From Clostridia bacterium (GTDB taxonomy: Bacteria; Bacillota; Clostridia; TANB77; CAG-508), in the NCBI GenBank assembly GCA_017510525.1, contig JAFWNC010000008.1, positions 11,119 through 75,118 on the forward strand: a stretch of 64,000 bases of DNA, in the 5' to 3' direction. Shown here one piece after another: positions 20,753 to 29,822 of this stretch (position 1 is the first letter of the stretch; every line of letters begins with the position of its first letter). Under the pieces are notes generated by a model. It saw only the letters and a list, made by a program, of their open reading frames with translations, ran no database searches and had not been told where the DNA came from. The translations under genes were made by a program, and so were the position numbers.

Positions 20753-20774
20753 ATACAACGTAATATATATAATT

Positions 20775-20803
20775 GTAGGGGGTGGGGTTTGTCCCCACCC
20801 GAT
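20775..20803. repeat. REP-like element, family 1, inverted orientation (G>A variant)
   Basis: gtagggggtggggtttgtccccacccgatg. It pairs convergently with the copy at 20723. Confidence 0.6.
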
Positions 20804-20840
20804 GTGTACAAATTATTAAAATATAGGAGTGGATGAATAA

Positions 20841-22733
20841 ATGGGAAGAGACAATAAAATGCTTGATTATTTCAAGAAATTGCCAAAGTTTAAATTTAAA
20901 AAGATTAAAATGGAAGACTTAGATGATATTGAAGAGCTTAAAGAAGGATATTCAAGTTCTGAAACTGAAAAAAGAGAAAAACCTAAAAAAGGTGAGCATT
21001 ATCCAGAAACACATTATGAAACAATTAAAGAAGTATATTTAGATTCAATGAAAAAGTTTAGTGACAGAGTTTTTATTTTAGATAAAAATGATCCAAAGGA
21101 AGAAAAGTTTAGAGAATATACATACAAAGAATTTGGAGATGATGTTGAAGCTCTAGGAACTGCACTAACAAAGAAATATAATGTTCAAGGTGAAAAAATT
21201 GTTATTATTGGTGAAAATCAATATGACTGGTATGTATCATATATTTCTGTTTTATTAGGAGCTGGTTTAGCTGTTCCTGTTGATAAGGAACTTCCAGAGA
21301 ATGAGATAGAGAATGTTGTAAATAGATCAAAGGCTTCTGTTGTTATTTATTCGCCTCATATAAAAGACAGAATTAATAATATAATGGGAAATTTACCAAC
21401 TGTTAAGTATTTTATAGAAATGAAAAGTAATTCTAAGTTAGAAGGAAAAGTGGTTGGTTTTGATAAGGTAGTTTCTGAAGGTAAAGAACTTATTAAAAAA
21501 GGTGATGATTCTTTCTTGAAGATTAAGATTGATCCTGATGAGTTTAAAGCATTATTCTTCACATCAGGAACAACAGCTAACAGTAAAGGTGTAATGGTTA
21601 ATAATAGACAACTGGCTAACAATGTTAATGCGGTTTCTGCATATGTTAAAATAGATGAAGAAGACAGGTTCTTCTCGGTATTACCTTTACATCATACATA
21701 TGAATCAAGTATTGGTTTCTTAATTCCTTTGGCAAATGGATCATCAATAGCTGTATGTCAAGGGTTGAGATATATTTCTGAGAATTTAAAAGAAACTAAG
21801 CCTAGTGTTTTAATAGCTGTTCCTCTTTTGATTGAAAACTTATATAAAAACATTATGAAAAATATTAAGAAGAGTAAAAAAGAAATAATGGTTTCATCTA
21901 TGATGCAGCTTACTAATGTTTTAAAAGGTGTTGGAATAGATGTTAAAAGAAAAGTGTTTAAAGAGATATATGAAGGTGTTGGTGGAAACCTAGAGTTTAT
22001 AGTTTCTGCTGCAGCTCCAATTGATAAGAAAGTTGGAAAATGGTTTACTGATTTAGGTGTTATTTTCCTTCAAGGATATGGATTAACTGAGACTTCGCCA
22101 ATTTCAGCGGTTACACCTGACTATGATACTAGAGTAGGTTCTGCTGGTAAAACTATTATTAATGGAAAAGTAAAGGTTGATAATCCTGATGAAAATGGAG
22201 AAGGTGAATTAGTTATTTCAACTGGTACTTTGATGATGGGATATTATGAAGATCAAGATGCAACTGATGAAGTTATAGAATATGATGAAGAAGGAAGAAG
22301 ATGGTTCCATTCTGGTGATATTGGATATATAGATAAAGATGACTTTATTTATATAACTGGAAGAATAAAGAATGTTATTGTTACTCAAAATGGTAAAAAT
22401 ATTTTCCCTGAGGAGTTAGAGCTTTTATTAGCTGGAGTTGAAGAAATTGAAGAGTGCATGGTTTATGGAAAAGAGGTTGAAGACCAAAAAGAATTAATCG
22501 TAACATGTAGAGCTATTCCAAATTATGATAGAATTAAAGAGCTTTATGGTGAAAAGACTGAGAAAGAGATTTATGATATTATTTGGAATAAGATTAAGTT
22601 GATGAATAAAAAGGTTACAACTTATAAGGCTATAAAGGGTCTAGAAATCAAAGATGGCGAGTTTATAAAAACAACAACAAAGAAAATTAAGAGATTTGTT
22701 GAGATTAAAGAAGGAAAAATAAAAGAGATATAA
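20841..22733 (+). CDS. long-chain fatty-acid-CoA ligase / AMP-dependent synthetase
   Basis: AMP-binding signature FFTSGTTANSKGVMV. YGLTETS and GDIG motifs. 630 aa. Confidence 0.8.
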   Translation: MGRDNKMLDYFKKLPKFKFKKIKMEDLDDIEELKEGYSSSETEKREKPKKGEHYPETHYETIKEVYLDSMKKFSDRVFILDKNDPKEEKFREYTYKEFGDDVEALGTALTKKYNVQGEKIVIIGENQYDWYVSYISVLLGAGLAVPVDKELPENEIENVVNRSKASVVIYSPHIKDRINNIMGNLPTVKYFIEMKSNSKLEGKVVGFDKVVSEGKELIKKGDDSFLKIKIDPDEFKALFFTSGTTANSKGVMVNNRQLANNVNAVSAYVKIDEEDRFFSVLPLHHTYESSIGFLIPLANGSSIAVCQGLRYISENLKETKPSVLIAVPLLIENLYKNIMKNIKKSKKEIMVSSMMQLTNVLKGVGIDVKRKVFKEIYEGVGGNLEFIVSAAAPIDKKVGKWFTDLGVIFLQGYGLTETSPISAVTPDYDTRVGSAGKTIINGKVKVDNPDENGEGELVISTGTLMMGYYEDQDATDEVIEYDEEGRRWFHSGDIGYIDKDDFIYITGRIKNVIVTQNGKNIFPEELELLLAGVEEIEECMVYGKEVEDQKELIVTCRAIPNYDRIKELYGEKTEKEIYDIIWNKIKLMNKKVTTYKAIKGLEIKDGEFIKTTTKKIKRFVEIKEGKIKEI

Positions 22734-22735
22734 AG

Positions 22736-22760
22736 ATGGAGAACTCTAGTTATCCGCTAC
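22736..22760. repeat. family-2 palindromic element (reverse orientation, degenerate)
   Basis: atggagaactctagttatccgctac. Confidence 0.5.
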
Positions 22761-22856
22761 GAATTATGAATAAATGAATAAAAGGGACGGTTTTCTTTAT
22801 GCATAATTTTAAAGCTCCTAAAATATATTGTAATAAATATATTTCGGGAGTTTTTT

Positions 22857-23588
22857 ATGTATGAGATTGTAAAGACAACTTTTGCTGGTTTGTTTTTTGG
22901 TATGTTTGGAACTACAATTGGTGGATTTTTAGGGAGTTCGTTTGATTTTAAATCTAATAAAACTATTAGTTTTATTTTAGAATTTGCTGCTGGACTTATG
23001 CTTTCTATTATTTGTTTTGAGCTTATTCCAGAATCGCTTAAAATAACTGATATTTCTATTTCTCTTTTAGGAATAATGGTTGGCGTGATTGGTATGATTT
23101 TTTGCGAGAATAGGGTTAAAAAGCTTGAGAGATATAAAACTAAGGGTAATAGTTTATTAACAACAGGAATTGTTATTGGTATTGGTCTAGCTATTCATAA
23201 TTTCCCTGAGGGAATTGCTATTGGAAGCGGATTTGAATCATCAATGAAGCTGGGCTTGTCTGTTGCTATTGCTATTTTAATTCATGACATACCAGAAGGT
23301 ATTTCTATAGCAGTTCCTTTGAAACAAGGTGGAATGAGTAGAAAATCTGCGATTTTTTATACAGCTTTATCTGGAGTAAGCACTGGAATAGGTGCATTTT
23401 TTGGCTGTGTTTTAGGAAATATTTCTGAGAGTTTTGTTAGTTTTTCTTTAGCTTTTGCAGCTGGAGCAATGCTTTATATTGTTTCGGGGGAGCTCATACC
23501 AGAGTCAAAGAAGATGTATAAGGGTAGGTTTCCGGTTATTGGGAATATAATAGGTTTTTTATTGGGGTTGGTCGCTATGCATGTGTGA
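22857..23588 (+). CDS. ZIP-family divalent metal transporter (ZupT-like)
   Basis: HNFPEGIAIG and HDIPEGISIA motifs. 8 TM segments. 243 aa. Confidence 0.8.
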   Translation: MYEIVKTTFAGLFFGMFGTTIGGFLGSSFDFKSNKTISFILEFAAGLMLSIICFELIPESLKITDISISLLGIMVGVIGMIFCENRVKKLERYKTKGNSLLTTGIVIGIGLAIHNFPEGIAIGSGFESSMKLGLSVAIAILIHDIPEGISIAVPLKQGGMSRKSAIFYTALSGVSTGIGAFFGCVLGNISESFVSFSLAFAAGAMLYIVSGELIPESKKMYKGRFPVIGNIIGFLLGLVAMHV

Positions 23589-23597
23589 GAGATATAT

Positions 23598-23652
23598 GTA
23601 GGGGCACATTGCAATGTGCCCCTACGGTTTGTTGAACATAGTTCAACAAACG
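23598..23652. repeat. REP-like element (gtaggggcacattgcaatgtgcccctac) followed by an AT hairpin
   Basis: Perfect GTAGGGGC...GCCCCTAC termini, then ggtttgttgaacatagttcaacaaacg. Confidence 0.65.
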
Positions 23653-23735
23653 TCAATTTATTTAATTTCTGTATTGACAAAACAGAATAAAAAAATATAT
23701 AATACAAACATAAATTCGCAAATAAGGAGCAGAAG

Positions 23736-26027
23736 ATGATTGATATAATTGATGAACTAAATGATAAACAAAGAGAAGCGGTTTTAGCTACGGAGGGACC
23801 TTGTTTAGTTATTGCTGGTGCTGGTTCTGGAAAAACTAAGGTTCTTACTCATAAAATCGCTTATTTAATGCATGAAAAGGGTGTTAAACCTTGGAATATT
23901 TTGGCTATTACTTTTACTAATAAGGCTGCTAATGAGATGAAAGAAAGGGTTGAAAAGTTGGTTGGTGAAGTGGCTCAAGATATGTGGATTGGTACTTTTC
24001 ACTCAATTTGTGTTAAAATTTTAAGAAGATATATTGATAGAATTGGTTTTACTTCTTCTTTCATTATTTTTGATAGTTCTGATCAAAGAACTCTTGTTAA
24101 GCAATGTTTAAAACAGCTTAATATTGATGATAAGTTGTTTACAGATAGATCTGTTCTTTCTGAAATTAGCAATGCTAAAAATGAAATGCTAGAGCCTGAT
24201 ATGTATTCAGCTAGAACTAATGGAGAGTTTAGAAAACAAACAATAGCTGAAGTTTATAAACTTTATCAAAAGAAACTAAGAGAAAACAATGCGATAGATT
24301 TTGATGATATTATTAATTATACAATTAAGATATTATCTGAAAATCCAGATGTTTTAGAGTATTATTCAAATAAATTTGAATATGTTTTAGTTGATGAGTA
24401 TCAAGATACTAATAAGGCTCAATTTACTTTGGTTTCTATCTTGGCAGCTAGATATGGAAATATAACTGTTGTTGGTGATAATGATCAAGGAATATATTCT
24501 TTTAGAGGTGCTGATATTACTAATATTTTGAATTTTGAAAAGGATTTTCCAGGAACAAAGATTATCAAATTAGAGCAAAATTATAGATGTACACAAAACA
24601 TTCTAGATGCTGCAAATGCTGTTATTAAAAATAATGAAACTAAATATGAGAAAAAGCTATGGACTGAAAATGGTAAGGGAAGTAGTATAAATATTTACAG
24701 GGGAACTGATGAATATGATGAGTCTAATTATATTGTAGAACAAATAAATAGGCTTAGAAGAGAAGAATATATGACTTATCAAGACTTTGCAGTTCTTTAT
24801 AGAATGAATAGTCAATCTCGTAGTATTGAAGACATTTTAAGAAGAGAGAATATTCCTTATAGAATTGTTGGTGGTCTTAAGTTCTATGAGAGAAAAGAAA
24901 TCAAAGATATTATTGCTTATTTAAGGTTGATACAAAACACGTCTGATAATTTAAGTTTAACTAGAATTATTAATGAACCAAAAAGAGGAATTGGAAAAAC
25001 TAGTCTTGATAAGGTTGAGATATTAGCTGGTCAAAATGAAATCTCTATGTATGAAGTTATCAAGAGAGCTGATGAATTTGGCCTTGGAAGAGTATTTTTA
25101 AATTCTAGAGATTTTATTTCTCAAATTGAGGAGCTTAGAGGTTTAAAAGATACAATATTAATTTCTGAACTTATTAAACAGACTTTACAAAAAACAGGTT
25201 ATACAAAGGCTTTGGAAGATGAAAATACGACAGAAGCGGAGACAAGATTGGAAAATTTAGATGAATTTTTAACTGTTGCTATGGAATTTGAAGAAGAGAT
25301 GGCTGATAATTCTTTAGAGGAATTTTTAGAGGGAATTACTCTTTCAAGTGATATAGATAATTCAGATGATTCAGAAGATCAGGTTACACTTATGACATTA
25401 CACAGCGCCAAGGGTTTAGAGTTTCCAGTTGTCTTTTTGGTTGGTATGGAAGAAGGAGTTTTTCCAGGATATAAATCAATAGGAGAGCCTAAAGAACTAG
25501 AAGAAGAAAGACGTTTGGCTTATGTTGGAATTACAAGAGCAAAATTTCATTTATTTGTTACATGTGCTCGCCAAAGAACAATATTTGGATCTACAAGTTG
25601 TAATAAAATTTCTAGATTTTTAAAAGAAATACCAAAAGAATTGTTAGAAGGTTATGAAGAAGCGTTTGGCGAAATGGAAGAAACAAAATCTTATGGTGAT
25701 TATAGATATGAGTGGAAATATGGCCAAAGTGTTGCCTCAGTTAATTCTTACAAAATTGGTGATACAAGTTCTGTTGTCAAGAAAAAACCAGAATATGCTT
25801 TTAGAACAGCAGAGAGCTTTTTAAGTAATTTAAATAAAACTAAAAATGAGAATGTTGATGTTTCAATATATAGAGCTGGACAGAGAGTGTTTCATAAAAA
25901 GTTTGGTGAAGGTAAGATTAATTATGTTGAACAAGAGGGTGATGACATGAAGGTTGATATTACTTTTGATAAAATTGGACATAAGAGGTTAATGGCGAAG
26001 TTTGCAGGATTAGAGATAATTGATTAG
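23736..26027 (+). CDS. pcrA: ATP-dependent DNA helicase PcrA (UvrD family)
   Basis: AGAGSGKT Walker A, DEYQDTN, conserved C-terminal domain. 763 aa. Confidence 0.9.
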   Translation: MIDIIDELNDKQREAVLATEGPCLVIAGAGSGKTKVLTHKIAYLMHEKGVKPWNILAITFTNKAANEMKERVEKLVGEVAQDMWIGTFHSICVKILRRYIDRIGFTSSFIIFDSSDQRTLVKQCLKQLNIDDKLFTDRSVLSEISNAKNEMLEPDMYSARTNGEFRKQTIAEVYKLYQKKLRENNAIDFDDIINYTIKILSENPDVLEYYSNKFEYVLVDEYQDTNKAQFTLVSILAARYGNITVVGDNDQGIYSFRGADITNILNFEKDFPGTKIIKLEQNYRCTQNILDAANAVIKNNETKYEKKLWTENGKGSSINIYRGTDEYDESNYIVEQINRLRREEYMTYQDFAVLYRMNSQSRSIEDILRRENIPYRIVGGLKFYERKEIKDIIAYLRLIQNTSDNLSLTRIINEPKRGIGKTSLDKVEILAGQNEISMYEVIKRADEFGLGRVFLNSRDFISQIEELRGLKDTILISELIKQTLQKTGYTKALEDENTTEAETRLENLDEFLTVAMEFEEEMADNSLEEFLEGITLSSDIDNSDDSEDQVTLMTLHSAKGLEFPVVFLVGMEEGVFPGYKSIGEPKELEEERRLAYVGITRAKFHLFVTCARQRTIFGSTSCNKISRFLKEIPKELLEGYEEAFGEMEETKSYGDYRYEWKYGQSVASVNSYKIGDTSSVVKKKPEYAFRTAESFLSNLNKTKNENVDVSIYRAGQRVFHKKFGEGKINYVEQEGDDMKVDITFDKIGHKRLMAKFAGLEIID

Positions 26028-26042
26028 ATTTGTAGGGGCGAC

Positions 26043-26093
26043 CATTGGTCGTCCGAGGGCTGGGACAAGCCCCGCCCCTACAATTTTATTGAT
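26043..26093. repeat. composite REP-like element (gtaggggcgaccattggtcgtccgagg + gggacaagccccgcccctaca)
   Basis: The same composite recurs at 49541, 60927 and 62052. Confidence 0.7.
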
Positions 26094-26117
26094 TTATTTA
26101 AAAAAATAATGTATAAT
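26090..26117 (+). promoter_or_regulatory. putative promoter TTGATT-16-TATAAT
   Basis: Upstream of the first small peptide gene. Confidence 0.35.
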
Positions 26118-26159
26118 ATATTATGTAACTTTTAATGACGGCCTAGGAGGTGACATCTT

Positions 26160-26255
26160 ATGAAATCTGTTGCGAAGTTTTTTGTAATAGGAGGTTTTCT
26201 TTTCACAATTGCTTATGTAGCTTGTGCAATAGCTCTGAGTGACTGGGATTATTAA
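26160..26255 (+). CDS. small hydrophobic peptide, 31 aa (MKSVAKFFVIGGFLFTIAYVACAIALSDWDY)
   Basis: Hand-translated. Preceded by CTAGGAGGTG. Single TM helix. Below the ORF-track length cutoff. Confidence 0.5.
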   Translation: MKSVAKFFVIGGFLFTIAYVACAIALSDWDY

Positions 26256-26278
26256 TTACTACAAAAGGAGGACATTTT

Positions 26279-26407
26279 ATGAAGACATTATTTAAGATTG
26301 TAGGAATTATGTTTGCTTTTATGGCTATAGGCCTTGCTGCTTTTACTGTACTTGTTGCAGCATCTTTAAATGATGACGAATATTTAAAACCGGGCGAATG
26401 TGATTAA
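26279..26407 (+). CDS. small hydrophobic peptide, 42 aa (MKTLFKIVGIMFAFMAIGLAAFTVLVAASLNDDEYLKPGECD)
   Basis: Hand-translated. Preceded by AAAAGGAGG. Single TM helix and an acidic tail. Likely a paralogue of the 26160 peptide. Confidence 0.5.
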   Translation: MKTLFKIVGIMFAFMAIGLAAFTVLVAASLNDDEYLKPGECD

Positions 26408-26412
26408 CATGA

Positions 26413-26443
26413 AAAATAGCACCATTGTAATGGTGCTATTTTT
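26413..26443. terminator. bidirectional hairpin terminator
   Basis: aaaatagcaccattgtaatggtgctatttt lies between the convergent peptide and coat genes. Confidence 0.6.
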
Positions 26444-26493
26444 ATATAATAGGAAAATGCTCCTCTACGAACCATATAGCGCAAGCCACTTCT

Positions 26494-26739
26494 TTAAGCC
26501 TGTACTTCTGTTTTTATTTGTGTTACTTCTTCTTGAGTGGCTTGAGAAGCAGGAGTATAATATCCTTTTAATTTTGCTACTTTAAATAAATCATATTGAA
26601 AAGTTTCACATGAATTTCTTAATTCTTGAAAAGTTTGTCTTAAGTTTGTGTTTTCAGTTTCTGTAATTGCTCCAGCGTAAGTTTTTAAGCTACTTTTTGT
26701 ACCTTCTAAAATATCGTTTACCATATATTTTTCGTCCAT
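26494..26739 (-). CDS. spore coat protein, Coat-F domain family
   Basis: 81 aa, Gln/Thr-rich helical protein. Adjacent to a second CotF-like gene. Confidence 0.5.
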   Translation of the reverse strand: MDEKYMVNDILEGTKSSLKTYAGAITETENTNLRQTFQELRNSCETFQYDLFKVAKLKGYYTPASQATQEEVTQIKTEVQA

Positions 26740-26756
26740 AATAAACCTCCTAAAAA

Positions 26757-26945
26757 TTATTCACACAAAAATGACATTAATTTTTGTTTTGTATTTAATG
26801 CATCTTGAGCTGATTTTGTAAACATTTGCTTAACTTGTGGGTCAACACATGTATTAGCATAGTTAGTTAATTTTTGATAATTAGTATCTTGACTACCAAT
26901 TAAATGTCTCAAATTTTGTAATTCAACTTGATTTAAATTTGGCAT
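26757..26945 (-). CDS. spore coat protein, Coat-F domain family
   Basis: 62 aa. KLTNYANTCVDPQVKQMF matches the clostridial small coat-F protein signature. Confidence 0.55.
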   Translation of the reverse strand: MPNLNQVELQNLRHLIGSQDTNYQKLTNYANTCVDPQVKQMFTKSAQDALNTKQKLMSFLCE

Positions 26946-27018
26946 AATTTTGCACCTCCTATATTTTAGAATTATTATGTACGTAATAAAAAAAAATATA
27001 CAAAAAAATGAAAAGTAA

Positions 27019-27047
27019 TTGAAATATTTCTGTAATAATTGTATAAT
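27019..27047 (+). promoter_or_regulatory. sigma-A-type promoter TTGAAA-17-TATAAT
   Basis: ttgaaa 27019-27024, tataat 27042-27047. Confidence 0.4.
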
Positions 27048-27073
27048 AATCTCCAGAAGGAGTGATCAAATAA

Positions 27074-28078
27074 ATGAAAAGTATTATAATTCATTTACGA
27101 AAATCAATAAGACTTCTATTACTAATTGGATTAGGTGCTTTTATAATAGCTGGTATATTATATTTTATTTATAAGCCAGTATATAAAGTAACTTTAAATG
27201 GTGAAGTTTTAGGATATATAGATGATAAATCAAAATTACAAGATAAAATAAATGAATATATAAGAAATGGTGATAGTGAAGATGTTGCTTTTGTTGAGTT
27301 TGATACACTACCTATGTATGAAACTTGCTTTTCTAGAAAAGACAATGAATTAGAAGATAGCAAAATCTTGGATGAAATTCTTGCAACAGGAACATCTTAT
27401 TATAAATATTATGCAATAATTGAAGATACAGAAGAAAAATACTATGTTAAAAATTATGATGAGGCAGAAGAAATAATAAATACATTAAAAGAAAAGAATA
27501 GTACAAATATAGATCAAATTAAATATGAAGTTAGATACAATACAGAGCAAAAAGAATTTACAGCAAAAGATGATATTGTTGCAGCATTATATGTTGAGCC
27601 AGTTGTTGTTAAGCCAACTGTTTCATATTCAACATCATCATATACAGCTTACTCATCTTCAGGTTCTGTAAATACTTCACAAACAGTATCTTATAGTTAT
27701 ACTCCAATTGGTGTTTCATTAATTAGACCTGTTGGAGGAACAATAACATCTGTATATGGGCCAAGAAGTAGAGGTGTTCATACAGGATTAGATATTGCAA
27801 CATCTAGTGGAACTCCAATTGGAGCAGCAGCCAGTGGAACAGTTAGTTATGCTGGATGGAAAGGTGGCTATGGTAATTTACTTGTTATTGATCATGCTGA
27901 TGGGGTTCAAACATATTATGCACATTGTAGTGCACTATATGTTTCTGCTGGGACAAGCGTAAGTCAAGGTGAGACTGTTGCAGCAATTGGGTCAACAGGT
28001 AATTCAACAGGACCGCATTTACATTTAGAAGTTAGAGTTGGAGGAATTTGCCAAAACCCACAAAATTATGTGTATTAA
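27074..28078 (+). CDS. membrane-anchored M23 (LytM) family metallopeptidase
   Basis: N-terminal TM segment. C-terminal HTGLDIA...GNLLVIDHADGVQTYYAH...GPHLHLEV motifs. 334 aa. Confidence 0.75.
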   Translation: MKSIIIHLRKSIRLLLLIGLGAFIIAGILYFIYKPVYKVTLNGEVLGYIDDKSKLQDKINEYIRNGDSEDVAFVEFDTLPMYETCFSRKDNELEDSKILDEILATGTSYYKYYAIIEDTEEKYYVKNYDEAEEIINTLKEKNSTNIDQIKYEVRYNTEQKEFTAKDDIVAALYVEPVVVKPTVSYSTSSYTAYSSSGSVNTSQTVSYSYTPIGVSLIRPVGGTITSVYGPRSRGVHTGLDIATSSGTPIGAAASGTVSYAGWKGGYGNLLVIDHADGVQTYYAHCSALYVSAGTSVSQGETVAAIGSTGNSTGPHLHLEVRVGGICQNPQNYVY

Positions 28079-28095
28079 TATAATGGAGAAATCTG

Positions 28096-28485
28096 TTATG
28101 TGAATTCTTCTAAAAGATAAAATATATTATTGTCAATATTAGGTGAAATGTTTATTTCACCTTTTTTTTCATCTAATAAGAAGTCATTTTTATATTTAGT
28201 TAATCTAATAAAATTACAAAAGTCTTGAAATTCTTTATTTGATTTAAAGTAGTAGTTTTTGTTTGTTGTAATGAAATATATGTAATAACTGTTTTTTATT
28301 ATATATGTGTATTTTTCTATTAGATTACCTGTTAAATTATATTTTTTTAAAATTGTATTTTTAATCTGATTAATAAAGATGATTAAATTGTTAGAGTTCA
28401 TCATAAATTCTTGTTTAGATATATTAGAATTATTAAAAGTTCCTTTTGCTAGGAATGTTTTGTTATCAATGTTTTCAAGTTCCAT
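28096..28485 (-). CDS. hypothetical protein, about 130 aa
   Basis: Start MELENIDNK follows AGGAGG. Its 3' end overlaps the + strand terminator hairpin at 28141-28170. The listed longer ORF upstream reads into a REP-like element. Confidence 0.45.
   Translation of the reverse strand: MELENIDNKTFLAKGTFNNSNISKQEFMMNSNNLIIFINQIKNTILKKYNLTGNLIEKYTYIIKNSYYIYFITTNKNYYFKSNKEFQDFCNFIRLTKYKNDFLLDEKKGEINISPNIDNNIFYLLEEFT
28141..28170 (+). terminator. intrinsic terminator of the M23 peptidase gene
   Basis: aggtgaaatgtttatttcacct followed by T8. Confidence 0.6.
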
Positions 28486-28512
28486 TTGAGGCCTCCTTAA
28501 TTGGTTGTGTAT

Positions 28513-28558
28513 AGGGTATTGCTTCGAAGAGCGGACGAGCAATGCTCGCCCATACATG
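28513..28558. repeat. REP-like element, sub-family ggacgagcaatgctcgcc
   Basis: agggtattgcttcgaagagcggacgagcaatgctcgcccatacatg. Related to the units at 34817-34862. Confidence 0.6.
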
Positions 28559-28716
28559 TATATATTAATTGTATCATGAGGGTGGTGGATTTTAAAAGAT
28601 AAGATTCTGGAAATAAAGGTAAATAATACTAAATTTTACTTGAAAAAATACTAATTACCATATATAATAATTATGTTAAAAAAGCAAATTTCCGTAGAAA
28701 AAAATGGAGGTAAAAA

Positions 28717-28974
28717 ATGTTATCAAAAGATAAAAATATTTGGGTACTATTGATTTTTATATTGGCTGGAATAGTAATAGGAGGATTATTAGCAACATAT
28801 GCTACAGAGGTAAGTTGGTTAAAATGGTTAGCTTATGGAGAAGATTTTGGATTACAAAATCCAGTTCAATTAGATTTAAAGGTTCTTAGTCTAACTTTAG
28901 GTTTTTGGATTAAGATTAATGTTGCAAGTATAATAGGAATTATTTTAGCAATATTTATTTATAGAAAAATTTAA
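28717..28974 (+). CDS. small membrane protein (DUF4321-like), 85 aa
   Basis: Two TM segments. It sits upstream of the radC-mreCD cluster, as is usual for DUF4321 proteins. Confidence 0.55.
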   Translation: MLSKDKNIWVLLIFILAGIVIGGLLATYATEVSWLKWLAYGEDFGLQNPVQLDLKVLSLTLGFWIKINVASIIGIILAIFIYRKI

Positions 28975-28993
28975 TGTGACGCCATTATTTTAT

Positions 28994-29022
28994 AAGGGGC
29001 GGGCATGGAAACCTGCCCCTAC
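28994..29022. repeat. REP-like element, family 1
   Basis: aaggggcgggcatggaaacctgcccctac. Near-identical to the copy at 2496. Confidence 0.7.
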
Positions 29023-29044
29023 GAATCATATGTCACAAGCGTTG

Positions 29045-29070
29045 TAGCGGAGAACTAGAGTTCTCCATAT
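29045..29070. repeat. family-2 palindromic element
   Basis: tagcggagaactagagttctccatat. Confidence 0.6.
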
Positions 29071-29101
29071 TAACTGGGGCTATACTTTGGAAGGAGTATA
29101 G

Positions 29102-29788
29102 ATGGCTTTAAAATTAAAAGAGCTCCCATTATCTGAAAGACCTTATGAAAAACTAATACTTTATGGAGCTGAAAATCTTACAAATGTAGAATTATTAGCA
29201 ATAATAATTGAAAGTGGAACAAAAGAAGAAACATCAATATCTTTAGCTCAAAAGATATTAAAATTAGCCGAAGATAATGATGAAAATAATCTGAGGTTCT
29301 TACAAAACTGTACAGTTGAAGAATTTATGAAAATAAAAGGAATAGGAAAAGTCAAGGCAATACGCTTAAAAGCAATATCAGAGTTAACTAAAAGAATGTC
29401 AAAGCCTATTAAAAACGAGATTTTTGTAAAATCTTCAAAAGATGTTGTTGATCTAATTATGGATGAAATGAGATATGAGAAAAATGAGGTTGTTAAAATA
29501 ATCTTGCTTAATTCCAAAAACAAGGTTTTAAGAATTAAAGATATATCAATTGGAACAACGAGTTATGCTGTTATTGATCCAAAAGATATATTATCAGAAG
29601 CTATAAAAATAAAGGCGAGAAAAATGATAATAACTCATAATCATCCAAGTGGTAACCCGACTCCAAGTAAAGATGACTATGAACTCACAAAAAGAATTGA
29701 TACATGTTGTAAACTGTTTGAAATCGAGCTTTTAGACCACATTGTAATTGGAGATGGTATTTATAAAAGAGTTGAATGGAGACATTAA
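29102..29788 (+). CDS. radC: RadC-family JAB-domain protein
   Basis: HNHPSGNPTPSKDD motif. 228 aa. Confidence 0.85.
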   Translation: MALKLKELPLSERPYEKLILYGAENLTNVELLAIIIESGTKEETSISLAQKILKLAEDNDENNLRFLQNCTVEEFMKIKGIGKVKAIRLKAISELTKRMSKPIKNEIFVKSSKDVVDLIMDEMRYEKNEVVKIILLNSKNKVLRIKDISIGTTSYAVIDPKDILSEAIKIKARKMIITHNHPSGNPTPSKDDYELTKRIDTCCKLFEIELLDHIVIGDGIYKRVEWRH

Positions 29789-29822
29789 GGAGACAGAATA
29801 AAAATAAAGGAGGCCATTTAGT

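Noticed and set aside
8672-23707. Short antisense ORFs within metK, the WG-repeat gene, cwlD, smc, prfA, the acyl-CoA ligase and the ZIP gene (8672, 10019, 10520, 13558, 15338, 16586, 16862, 17357, 17747, 20616, 21356, 23474)
   Set aside because: Antisense shadows of AT-rich coding sequence.
26400-26585. Plus ORF 26400..26585
   Set aside because: Runs through a terminator hairpin and antisense to the CotF-like gene.
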